Source: Eledone cirrhosa
Lineage: Eukaryota
DNA: 64,000 nucleotides
Direction: 5' to 3'
Assembly (NCBI GenBank): GCA_964016885.1
Contig: OZ024754.1
Span: forward strand, 18,910,001-18,974,000
Part shown: positions 1-13,759 of the stretch, piece by piece
How the letters are laid out: the number at the start of each line of letters is the position of its first letter
How positions within the stretch are numbered: position 1 is the stretch's first letter
Program-made: the position numbers and the translations under genes
Notes under the pieces: model-generated
Seen by the model: the letters and a program-made list of their open reading frames with translations, nothing else
Databases searched by the model: none
Told to the model about the DNA's origin: nothing

Positions 1-1173
1 TATATGATCAACACTACTGTGTTTTTTTTGCAAAATGACAATAATTTTTTAGCCAGATAGAAATACCTTAATTCAGGTACATATAGTCCGTCTGTATCGA
101 TCTAGAGAATATTAAATATTAAATCTATACTTACAGACGTAAAATGGCAACTGCCTGGTGCCTAGACAAGTTTAAATTTCAAAATTCAAACCTTTTCAGC
201 AGATCGGGCGGAACTTCAAAACATAAACCTGTTTCCCAAGGGATGTTATACTAATGAAATAATTAATTAATTACGGAACAACTATTTATAAAATATTTAT
301 TAGTAAAGCAATCAATTTTCTGTGATCTTCGGTAGGCACCCTTACGTCTGTAAGTATAGATTTAATATTTAATATTCTCTAGATCGATACAGACGGACTA
401 TATGTACTTGAATTAAGGTATTTCTATCTGGCTAAAAAATTATTGTCATTTTGCAAAAAAAACACAGCAGTGTTGATCATATATTTTTTTTAATTATTTT
501 TAAAACTATAATGTAATGCTCAGAAGTATTTTCTTAGAGCTTAATATTTGTAACTGACTACTAAACTGAAATTAAACTGCTCCTACGGTGAGCTGAATTC
601 ATAATCACATATTCACGGCTGCTATTTCTAGCGCCATGGATATGAGCCAGAATGCTGAGAAGGTCGTGTGCAAAAGCACATGTATTAGGCTTGCGACAGA
701 TCAGTCTTAAGATATTATCTTAGAAGAAGTGATTTTAATTTCTGGGTGCCTACCGAAGATCACAGAAAATTGATTGCTTTACTAATAATTATTTTATAAA
801 TAGTTGTTCCGTAATTAATTAATTATTTCATTAGTATAACATCCCTTGTGAAACAGGTTTACGTTTTGAAGTTCCGCCCGATCTGCTGAAAAGGTTTGAA
901 TGTTGAAATTTAAACTTGTCTAGGCACCAGGCAATTGCCATTTTACGTCTGTAAGTATAGATTTAATATTTAATATTCTCTAGATCGATACAGACGGACT
1001 ATATGTACTTGAATTAAGGTATTTCTATCTGGCTAAAAAATTATTGTCATTTTGCAAAAAAAACACAGTAGTGTTGATCATATATTTTTTTTTATTATTT
1101 TTAAAACTATAATGTAATGCTCAGAAGTATTTTCTTAGAGCTTAATATTTGTAACTGACTACTAAACTGAAAT
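1..1173 (+). mobile_element. ORF-less PLE pLTR / retrozyme-like array: 601-nt unit with partial direct repeat and inverted copy
   Basis: 342-572 repeats 943-1173 (offset 601); 1-341 is the reverse complement of 744-1084; ends in (TA)n; contains an HHR. Confidence 0.8.
742..930 (+). ncRNA. Enlarged type-I hammerhead ribozyme, CCGAAGA core variant
   Basis: Stem I GGTGCCTA/TAGGCACC; core CCGAAGA 753-759; GAAA 850-853; stem III ACAGGTTTA/TAAACTTGT; GTC cleavage triplet ending 920; second copy on minus strand in 157-341. Confidence 0.7.
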
Positions 1174-1760
1174 ATATATATATATATATATTTAATTAGA
1201 CAATTCTATTGATTGGTTAATTATTTATGTTTGTTTAATAACGTCTAGTTGAGAGCTTTCTTTGGTTTGTGGAATGGAATTAATTCCTTTGTTCACACTT
1301 TGAATTTTCCCGCCCAAAACCGGAGGTTCCTTCCCTTTGGGGGGAAAAAGCACGCGATCGCCAGTGGTTTACTGATACGTTTCACACCAGTTCGGGTCAC
1401 AGAACGGAAACCTGTTGATAAAGTGTGTCCACAGTTCGGTCATCGAATACCACAAACTTGCATACTGCGTGAGTAGGATTGTTGATTTTGGTTTCATAGA
1501 AACTTATCGGAGATATTGCTTAATATCGATCAAGGTGGTCCAGGTTTGTTTGTCAATACCTGATTGGTTTTTTTCGTTGCTTTGGTTTCATGTGGCTGGG
1601 TTCACCGGTCGCAATTTTCAATTTGTCAAGCTATCTAACGTATGTTATTACTCTAAGGTGTCACAACCTTATCGAGTGCTTTGCTGCACATTCCTAATTG
1701 TATATCGTTAGCTTGGCCACAGCCAAAACTTCGATTTTACTAAACTTCCATTTGCATATA

Positions 1761-2207
<447 letters not shown>

Positions 2208-2829
2208 ATTTTGGTTTACGAAACTAGCCGAAGAGAATCTGTGCAACCTCGGCTGTTCCTTATTCACCCAATGAGATATAAAATTTGTACGTAAGAATAT
2301 ACAAGCTTATAACACAGAGGGAACACTATACGCTACTAGTAATGAATACGGCCATCCGTGGGTAATGATAAGTGTATATTATATAATACCGCACTCTCGA
2401 TAGTTTCTGTTCTACATTCTACAGCCAGGTGTTAATAGTTTCAATGGCAACTGCTATTTACAGTGGTTATGTAATCTTAGCAACATTATATAATGAACGC
2501 TGTAGGACGTCATCAGCGGATGATCAGCCAACCTCAAGACGGAAAGTTTGTCGATATTAACATATCCAAGCCTGGTCCCTGCTCTTATCAAGAGTAGCAA
2601 TTTCAAAGCATGTAGTAACACATGACCTCTTATAGAGGAGGCGGTGTTAGGAAACGATAATTTGATCAACTTCGGACTGATTTTGATTACCGAAGACGAT
2701 TGTGCCGATTGTTTCAAGAATATGTTAAGAGAAAAGTGAGAACTGGACCAACCCTCGAACAGGACGTCACTGTGTGGTGCCAAAGGTCCTGTGTTTCACA
2801 TCTAGATCAAGGAGCAGATATTGTAATAG

Positions 2830-3020
2830 CCTGAGGTTCAAAGGCCATTGACTCTTTAATAAGCTGCCAAGAAATTTGAGAGATCTGCATGATTTTCAAG
2901 AAACATCTTGACACTCTGCTATCCAGGATCCCAGATGAGCCCACAGCACGGAACGAAGATAACCTAAGGGCAGCAGCAACGAACGCCCCTCATACATCAA
3001 TAGCCAGCCAACGCAGCAAC
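2830..3020 (+). mobile_element. 3-prime remnant of a CR1/Jockey-group LINE
   Basis: [12 protein letters not shown] and [16 protein letters not shown] resemble LINE ORF2 C-termini. Confidence 0.5.
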
Positions 3021-3042
3021 AATATACATATATATATACACA

Positions 3043-3955
<913 letters not shown>

Positions 3956-3968
3956 GCTTAACTAATGA

Positions 3969-4136
<168 letters not shown>

Positions 4137-4222
4137 ATGTATATAGATGTATATATATAAAGTACACATTTATTTATATACAATGAGTATAAACACACAT
4201 ATATCTACAATATGTGTGTCTA

Positions 4223-4302
<80 letters not shown>

Positions 4303-4451
4303 CCCTCCGCCTCCGTGGTATTTTCTTCGGGGTTATAGGAGGCTTAGCTCTGTTTCTCGACCGTTATATCGCGTGACTATCTCCCCCTCCGCCTTTTGGG
4401 ATTCTTTCTCACGTCGTGTAGACGCGTTCTTGAGACTAGTAAAATGAGGTA

Positions 4452-4541
4452 TCCTCTTGATAAGTCGGCAGACCTCGCAAGGACTCTATATCTTTATGAT
4501 GTATTGTTTTTGTTTATGCCACGAAACTACGTAGTCGAGGA
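4452..4541 (+). ncRNA. Type-I hammerhead ribozyme, U3-A8 core variant
   Basis: TCCTC TTGATAA GTCGGCA...TGCCAC GAAA CTACGTAG TC GAGGA, inside a ~310-nt island between (TA)n runs. Confidence 0.75.
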
Positions 4542-4607
4542 ATCTAGGAGCAGTTTAGGTATGATACATTTTATTACTAATTATATCTAAATGTTTCTTC
4601 TCTCTTC

Positions 4608-4666
<59 letters not shown>

Positions 4667-5036
4667 ATGTGTGTGTGTGTATGTGTGTGTGTGTATATGT
4701 GTGTGTACATTAAACAAAGAAAAAAGAGAAAATAAAAGAAAACATGGGAAAGTCTGAAGAACATATCTGAATGAATGTTTCTGTGAAGAGAAGATTTATA
4801 CATGAAAATGTGATGTTGCATATAGAGCGATGTTTTGGTGAATATAACTGTTCTCTCTATAGTGTTGGTGTTGTTATCACGATAACATACGCCCAGTACA
4901 CTCTGTAAAACGGTGGTGTTGGTGCTATGATAAAATGCACCCAATACTCTCCGGAAAGCGATGGTGCTGCTGCCACGATAAAGTACACCCAGTGCACCCT
5001 GTAAAGTATAATTCTACCACCTTGTCATCTTCCACC

Positions 5037-5059
<23 letters not shown>

Positions 5060-5067
<8 letters not shown>

Positions 5068-5459
5068 TAAAAGGAATTCCAACTTTGTCTGATTTACTCG
5101 TTTTATTTACAATCCTTTAAAATTTATAATGGTATTAGAATGAAATAGTATGGTAGAATATTAAATGTTAAGTGTTAATTGAACAAGTACTTTCATGCTT
5201 TCGCAATCTTCAGGTTCATATTGTGTGGTGACAGTCAAGTTTGCAATTTTCAACTGGGGATGGGTATTGAATATTGCAAACTTGACTGTCACCACGTAAT
5301 ATGAACCTGAAGATTGCGAAAGCATGAAAGTACTTGTTCAATTAACACTTAACATTTAATATTCTACCATACTATTTCATTCTAATACCATTATAATTTT
5401 AAAGGATTGTAAATAAAACGAGTAAATCAGACAAAGTTGGAATTCCTTTTATTAATATA
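5060..5459. repeat. Near-perfect ~190-bp inverted repeat (inverted pLTR pair)
   Basis: 5060-5253 is the reverse complement of 5267-5459, 13-nt spacer. Confidence 0.95.
5302..5340 (+). ncRNA. Minimal type-I hammerhead ribozyme (mirror copy on minus strand 5180-5218)
   Basis: TGAAC CTGAAGA TTGC GAAA GCAT GAAA GTAC TT GTTCA. Confidence 0.8.
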
Positions 5460-7191
5460 ATCTTCTATACACAATCATACACACCCGTGTCTCTCTCTCT
5501 CTCTCTTTCACGTTCACTTCAAAATATTATTTTAAAATCATGTTCACTACAAAATAATTTTTAAATAATTAAAATATACACAGACAAGTATATAATGTGA
5601 AATGAAACTGGAAGGTCCATATATATATACGTGTGTATGTATATATATATAAATGTGTGTGTATACATATATATATATATACATGTGTGTGTGTGTATAT
5701 ACATCTAGGGGTCTGTGATCTCTATACACTGGTCATAGACACACACACACATGCATATATATGTGTGTCTATACACACATATATATACATAACAACAACA
5801 CCAGCTCTTTCTCTCTCTTCCGTTCTCCTTCTCTGTCTCCTCTCCCTCTCTCTATGTCTCTCTTTCAATCTACTCTCGCACAACCACTATCTCTTCCTCT
5901 CTATCTTTCTCTCTCTCTCTGTTTATGAAGGTACCCAGAACACCCCATATCTCGGGAACCCGTCCTCCGATTTATGCGAAACTTGTTTTATTCCATTCGT
6001 ATTCGCATTTCAGGGTCAACTTCCTTTCAAAGTATTTTCCCATAATGCGCCCTTTTAGCTGTATTACATTACACACAAGCAACCAAGCAACCAAGCAATC
6101 GCAGAGTTTTAGTGATATATAGATAGTTAGGTATATTGGTATTATATTTGATATATATATACTCACACACCCCTCGGTCTGAACTCCCCGCCCCTCTTCT
6201 TTTAGCCTTCGACCGTCCCCCTCTCCACACACACATCCTCTACTAACACCACTAAAACACTCACTAGTTTCACCGTCCCCCCCACTTCCAGCCCTCCTCC
6301 ACCCCCTTGGCCCACCCACAACTAATAATACTAACACCCCTACTCCTCTCCCTATAACACGCGCACCCACACCCTCAACACGCACACACCCACCAGTACA
6401 TTTATACACGCACCCACACTATTCACACACCCTACTACCACCACTATCCCCCACCCACACACCCGCATTCAACTCCTCCCCCACCTTCAATAATACTAAC
6501 ACCCACTCTACCACACACACACACCAGTACATTACACTCCGTCCTACTGTTCCCAGCACCTTCTCTCTCTCCCCGCACTACCCCCCACATATCCCACTAA
6601 CACCTCCACTAATATAGCCCCCCCCCACACCAATACCGCCACCCTCTCCCTCAACCTTTCACACATACCCATCCCACCCCTGTCCACCGCACCTACACAC
6701 ACATACACACATTCCACACCACATACAGACCATCTCTACACCTGTCAGCCTCCCCACTACTTTGACTGCTGTCACCTTCCTATTGCTATCTCCTTCCTCC
6801 CTCCCACCTCCTTCGCCCTGCCTTGACCCTCTCACCACTTCCTGTTGCGCGCGCACCCCACAACTCTCCACTTCCTTAATACTATACCAAGGATTTTACA
6901 CCACCGGTCCACCGCTCCAGGCATCCACCCTGCTACACTCGGAATCAACATCCGTTCCCAAAGTCCGTGGAAAAACATCCAGGAACACACACACACACAA
7001 ACACTTACACTATTTTCACACCACGCAACCATACATCCACACCACACAAAAACACACACACACACACGTGCGTATCCTCACATACACACACTCAGCCTCC
7101 GGACTCCACACAAGCCCTCTCCCCCACCCCTCACCTCTCTCCATCCACACACCCTCACACTCTCGGAACTCTTTTCCTGCCCACTTTTCTC

Positions 7192-7219
7192 CTGATGAAG
7201 GGCTTATGCCCGAAACGTC
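7192..7219 (+). ncRNA. Minimal hammerhead core, stem I not evident
   Basis: CTGATGA AGGGC TTAT GCCC GAAA CGTC; related minus-strand copy at 57166-57193 with a similar downstream tail. Confidence 0.5.
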
Positions 7220-7493
7220 GTTCCCCACCCTCACTCTCAAGCATGAAACTAATATTAACATTTTGTACTGCCTCTTCGCTTCCACGTTGTTTTTTTTTTG
7301 TTTACTGTTTCAACTATAATATATATATATATATTGGCTTAGGTGGTTAATGCCTTCTTGACCACTTTTCAGTTGTATGGCGTTTTAACATATTGTTTAG
7401 CTCTAGTTTTCTTAACCATTGGCGCGCTTGCCAGCATTTCTACGATTTTGCGTTTCGTTTCACTTTTCCTACCAGCCGAAATACGATTCTCGC

Positions 7494-7552
<59 letters not shown>

Positions 7553-7564
7553 TATAGTCAGGTG

Positions 7565-7595
<31 letters not shown>

Positions 7596-7634
7596 ATATT
7601 AAATAAATAGAAACTATATTTATAAAACCATATT

Positions 7635-7699
7635 TATTTTCTTATATATATTTCAAGGGTAATCAAGACAACATTGGTACGCTTTCATCAGATAAAATA
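7635..7699 (-). ncRNA. Type-I hammerhead ribozyme (TATTTTAT stem-I family)
   Basis: Minus: TATTTTAT CTGATGA AAGCGTA...TACCCTT GAAA TATATA TA AGAAAATA. Confidence 0.75.
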
Positions 7700-8135
7700 C
7701 AAAGTTTGTTTTATAAATAGAGACATACCCATGAAAATCATACCTTATCGGTTGGAAATTCACTGGATAGTGGAAATATATTAGGGATTATTCAAACTTA
7801 TGTGTGAATATGCAAATGAATATGTAAATAATTGAAAAACAACCGTTTATTTAAATGACACTGGAGAAAGAGAGAGAGAAAAAATATAAGGGGATAGAGA
7901 TAAACAATATTACGAGAGAGATAGAGAGAAGAAATAGACAAGAGAAGATGAATAAAACTCATATAACGTTAATTTGGGGGAAATATATTCTAAGTATATA
8001 TCTAATAGTACGTGTATTTACGATTATTAGTTGTTTAAAATTCGTTTCTAATATAATATTTTCTGTTATAAGTAGATAGATAGATAAATAAATAAATAAA
8101 TAAATAGATAAATAGATAAATAAATGAATAGATAG

Positions 8136-8196
<61 letters not shown>

Positions 8197-9393
8197 GAAA
8201 TATCCACGGTTAATTGTGGGGTCTAGTCTGCATGAGGAACTCAATGTAATCCATATGTTGAAAATTTTGTAGGTTAAAATAAATCCCGGAAAACAATAAA
8301 ACATCAAAAGGAAAACAGAGTCATGTAGGGTTAGTTACAAAATATATTGCTTTTGACAACGGCTGATGATATACATGTAAGTAAATATATTCCTTATCTG
8401 ATATTTTGTATCTAACCCTACATAGATCGATAACGAAATATGCGTACGATGTATTACTATCACATAGAAACGATCGCAAAGCAGTGAAGTATATTTCTAA
8501 TGACTTGAATTTTTATTTCATTGTTTTAACTTATATGTATATATATATATATATACACTATAGTCAGGTATATTGGTATTACATTTGATATATACACAAT
8601 ATACAGTATAGTTCGGTATATTGGTATTTCATTTGATATATATACACAATGTACATTATTCTTCCCTCATAAGTTCATCCCTTGGTTAAAATTCTACCCC
8701 TGGGATTCAAAATTTCTCCCTTGGAGCTCGGTGCTACCCGTTTAAGAATCACAGCACCAGACGTACTGAGTAAAAAACAACAGAAAGCAAACATTGGTAA
8801 GAAGACAGAGCGGATGTCTGAAGGAATGGAATTGACACGAGGAACCAAAATGGCTAATATGGATTATCTGCCTTAGTAATCCGGTTGATAACGTAGACAG
8901 AAAAGATAAGAACTACTTTAGTTTATTAGTCTGCACACTCTCCCCCCTTCCTCCCCTCCTTTCTCTCTCCCCCTCTCCCTCTCTTTCTCTTCCCTCCTTC
9001 TCTCTATCTTCCTCCTCTCTCTCTTTCCACGCCCTCTCTCTCTTTCCCACCCCCCTTCGCTCTTTATTCCTCGAAAACAATATGATCAATCCGATATCGA
9101 TCAGCCATTCACAACTGTCCACTTCTCTAGCATGTGCCTCAAATACAAAAACACCTTTCCCCACCCCACCATGTACCTAACCCCCCCCCCCCTCACCATG
9201 TATCTCAAATACAACCAAATGCCATGTCTTTAAAATAAAACCCCCTCCCGCTCCTCGCCATTCATTCGTAGGAAAATAACATTTGAAAGAAGACGTTTTG
9301 GTGCGAAGAAAATTTCAATTAAATACTTTTACTAAAACTAATAGAAACATCAACATTACCTAAAAATCCGATACAATTGCAGGGCTTGTTGTT

Positions 9394-9437
<44 letters not shown>

Positions 9438-9491
9438 TGAAGGCATTCGTTGGCTTAGCTGCTGCTCGAACGTCGAATATGCTGTACTTTC

Positions 9492-9557
<66 letters not shown>

Positions 9558-9562
9558 ATATA

Positions 9563-9620
<58 letters not shown>

Positions 9621-9943
9621 CATACATACATATATAGTTGTTGTGTGGTTGCAATAAATGTCTCCGTAGGCGGTGTGCCGTTTGAGCACTCGATGCTCAC
9701 GCAGAGCAGAGTATATTACAATAGATAACGAGGAATCAGTGATGCATCAAAACACAATTTATTAACATATTACATATGTTTCTCCGACGATCAGCTCAAG
9801 GCAGGATCTGTTACAAATCGAACCTGACTCTGCATTCGCAAGTTCCTCAGATGTGTTTTGCGCTTTCAAACCCTTTCATCCGATGGAGCATCACTGATTC
9901 CTCGTTACACACTCACATATATATATATATATAGAGAGAGAGA

Positions 9944-9983
9944 GACTAGAACTGTTTCATTCGTGAGAAATCATCAGGAAGCT
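9944..9983 (-). ncRNA. Truncated hammerhead motif, same family as 27398-27442
   Basis: Minus: AGCTTC CTGATGA TTTC TCAC GAAT GAAA CAG TTCTAGTC, cut off by (GA)n. Confidence 0.55.
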
Positions 9984-10544
9984 GGCTGTCTAAGTAAATG
10001 GTAGTAGGAGAGGGTGGAGATTGTCATTGGTTGAAGGATTTAAAGGGTGGAGATAGTCATTGGTTGAAGGATTTAAAGAAAAGGGACTTCATTAAAAGCT
10101 AATTCTTTAAAGCTATAATATTAACAAAGGCAGAAAGAATACTGTAAACAAGTTCAAAATTGGAATACCAATCCTTGTTTATCACTTAAAGTAACAATGC
10201 CTGTAAGACAGGTGTCTACAGGATGGATGGGGTTCAATGGTTTAAAGAAAAGGGAAATTCTTTAGAAGCTAATTCTTTAAGGCTGAAATAAGGGTGACAA
10301 AGGTAGAAAGGTTCCATCAACAGATTCAAGTGTTGGGGTGAACCCCCTATAGTGAAGTTTCTCTTAATATATATTCCAGGTGTCGACAAACACATTCACA
10401 CACACGCCCACTTACACACGTACACACACTTACACGCACGCACAAACAAGCAGGCACACACACAACAAACATACATAATGGTACATACACACATACATAC
10501 ATACATACATACAAATACATACACAAGAACTGCCCGAAAAACAC

Positions 10545-12120
10545 CACACTCGCTTCCTGTAACTCGACATAGAAGACTACTATGCTTCTATCCCAGAGCC
10601 CCTCCTGATGGACGCACTTACTTTTGCCAGGAACTTTACCACCATAACCGACGCTGAGCAAGATGTAATCCTCCATGCCTGTAAGACCTTCCTACACCAC
10701 GAGGGGTCTTACTGGATCAACAAGAAGTCTCGGACCCCATTTGACGTCCGCATGGGAGCGAGTGATTCGGCTGAAATAAGCGACCTCGTGGGCCTGTACA
10801 TTTTACATCACCTGAAGAACCTCTTTACTGGCCTCACCGGCGGTTTATACCAAGACGATGGCCTCTTCGCCTTGCACAAGGTTAATCCCAGAACCACTGA
10901 TGGGTTCCGGAGAAACTTAAGCTCGTCCTTCCGTAATCTAGGATTTAGTATAACTATAGAATCTAATATGACTAGGGCCAACTTTTTAGATGTCACTCTC
11001 GACCTAGATACTTCCTTCTATTACCCGTACCACAAACCTAACGAGTCCCTTAGATATATTAATGTTAATTCTAACCACCCCCAAAACATCACAGATAACT
11101 TAGTAAAAAGCGTCTCAATTAGAATCTCCGGTCTCTCGGCCAATGAAGATATATCTAATGCCTCCGTCTCCTACTACAATGATGCCCTCGCCCGCAGCGG
11201 ATTTAAAGAAAAGATAACCTACCTAGAAACCACCGCAAGACTGCATAGGAGCAATAGGCATAGGCAGATTAGCTGGTACAACCCTCCCTTCAATAGAATA
11301 CACCGATAGCTAGGACTTTCTTCACGTTGCTGAACACACACTTCCCCATACAACATAGGTACTACACCTTCTTCAATAAGAACACAATAAGACTCTCCTA
11401 CTCCACTACACCTAACCTAGTTAGGAATATAGCCAATCTCAATTCTAAAAAATTAAATAAGCCAACCACGTCCGAACCCAATCCCCGGACTGAGGCCTTG
11501 TGCAACTGCCTAAATAAGGAAGCCTGCCCACTTGAAAACAAATGCCTGATAAATGACATCGTATACAAATGTGATGTCATCTCAGGCACCGATGATTGCA
11601 ACAACAAAAAGACTTACATCGGCATGACTTCCAATAATTTTAAAATCCGGTGGAATTCCCATACCCACTCTTTCAGAAGACCGGACAAATCAAATCAGAC
11701 AACACTCGCTTCCTATGTTTGGGACCTCAAAAGGACCCCCCCCCCTCACGCTTAAATGGAAAATACTCCAGAAAGGGCGCTCATACAAGGGAGGATACAA
11801 GTGCTGCGACATTTGTATCTCAGAGAGCTACGAAATATTATTTGCCAAGGACCCGCTACTGAACAAACTGTCTGAACACCGCCCGAATTGCATGCACAAA
11901 AACTTTGCAACTTTCAAATACCTTAAGCCAGTGTTAATGCCAGATGGCTAAAAAAGACCTCCCTTTTTTTTTTAAACCCCACTCGACAAAATACCCCCTC
12001 CACCTCCTTCCCACCCTACCCCTACCCCCTCTCGACCCGAAACACGGCACTATGGTCATGTAAGTACTTCTTACCTATCTGCTCTTTCCGCATGTAGAGC
12101 GTACTTCATCTTTATACTGT
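10545..12120 (+). mobile_element. 5-prime-truncated, frameshifted Penelope-like element (RT + C-terminal GIY-YIG), Hydra-clade-like
   Basis: ORFs 10608-11309, 11327-11755, 11715-11951: MGASDSAEISDLVG, GLYQDDGL, NFLDVTL, SNHP, WYNPP, CNC..CPL..C, VYKC..YIGMT..FKIR, CDICISE. Confidence 0.9.
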
Positions 12121-12280
12121 ATATGTGTGTCCGTGTATATGTGTATATTTATAAGTGTATATATGTACGTATTTGTTTGAGTGGCCGTACGTATGTATGC
12201 GTATGTTTGTGTGTACTTGCGTTTATATGTATATGCGTATATATGTATGTATGTGTGTATATATATATATATATATGTGA

Positions 12281-12340
<60 letters not shown>

Positions 12341-12433
12341 GTGTGTATGTATGTATGTGTATGGGTGTATATATTTATATATTTATATGTAAATATATAT
12401 ATAATATGTGTGTTTATGTATATATATATATAT

Positions 12434-12484
<51 letters not shown>

Positions 12485-12910
12485 ATATGTGTGTGTGTAT
12501 GTGTATGTATATATTTATATGTATGTATGTGTATATGTGTATGTTTGTGTGTATATATATATGTTTTTAATTATATATATGTGTGTATATATATATATAT
12601 ATGTATAGATATATATATGTATATGTATGTGTATATGTATATATATATGTATGTGTGTGAGTATGTATATGTGTATATTTGTTTATATGTTTATATATGT
12701 ATATATATATATATGTATATGTCTGTGTATATATGTATGTGTATATATATATATTTGGATATATGTGTCTGTATGTGTGTTTGTGTGTAGTTGTGTATTT
12801 ACTTATATTTATATATGTATGCGTGTATGTATGTGTGTATTTGTATGTGTATGTATGTATATGTATGTATGTTTACGTATATATGTATATGTATGTACTG
12901 TGTATGTATG

Positions 12911-12944
<34 letters not shown>

Positions 12945-12993
12945 ATATTAATTCAAAATATTAATAAATATAGACATTCACGTAATCAAAATA

Positions 12994-13059
12994 TATTTTA
13001 TTATATATATTTCGGAGGTACTGTGCTGTTTTTTCAGTACGTCCTCATCAGATAAAATA
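12994..13059 (-). ncRNA. Type-I hammerhead ribozyme (TATTTTAT family)
   Basis: Minus: TATTTTAT CTGATGA GGAC GTACTG..CAGTAC CTCC GAAA TATATA TA ATAAAATA. Confidence 0.85.
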
Positions 13060-13311
13060 CATAAATTGATGTATGACATGCCTCAACTGTGCTGACGGTT
13101 CAATTCCAGTCTTGGCAGTGATTAATTATAACAAATTATATACCATAAGCACTAACATGACAAACTAAATATAATGGAGAGGGTGAGTAGGAGAAAGTGT
13201 ATAAAAAATAAATACATAAATAAAATAAATAACTACATAAACACATAAGTACATAAATGTTAAATATTTAAATATTTAAATATGTAAATATCCGTATTAG
13301 AATAAAAAAAC

Positions 13312-13350
<39 letters not shown>

Positions 13351-13759
13351 AAGTAGAAGAGAAAGGGAAAGGATAAAGAGATGAAGATAAAAACAAAGAG
13401 AGGGAGATAGAGATGGTAGAATATATAACTGCATAAGGAAAAGAAAAAAGAAGAGAGGGACATGATGCGTGACCGTTTTTTTTTCAAATATTAAGTCAGG
13501 TAGAAGCGATCAATTAAATACCGTGAAATTTTTAATCTATTGTATTTGATAGAAATTATACTATTATATTATATGAAAATGAACAATATACAAAAATATA
13601 AAATAATATAAAATATTTTCAATGATAATCTGGAGCATAGTTAAATTAATAAATACATTCAATAATTTAGTTATAAAATTCAAAGTTAGAAACATTATTA
13701 AGTACCAATGATGTTTACAAATATAGTAAATAAGTATGAGAGTATTTAACATAGCTTAA

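Noticed and set aside
8361-8393. CTGATGA..GTAAATATATTCC
   Set aside because: Second core segment disrupted and only a 2-bp stem I
9726-9907. 20-bp inverted repeat enclosing CCGACGA
   Set aside because: No matching GAAA or stem III; cannot call an HHR
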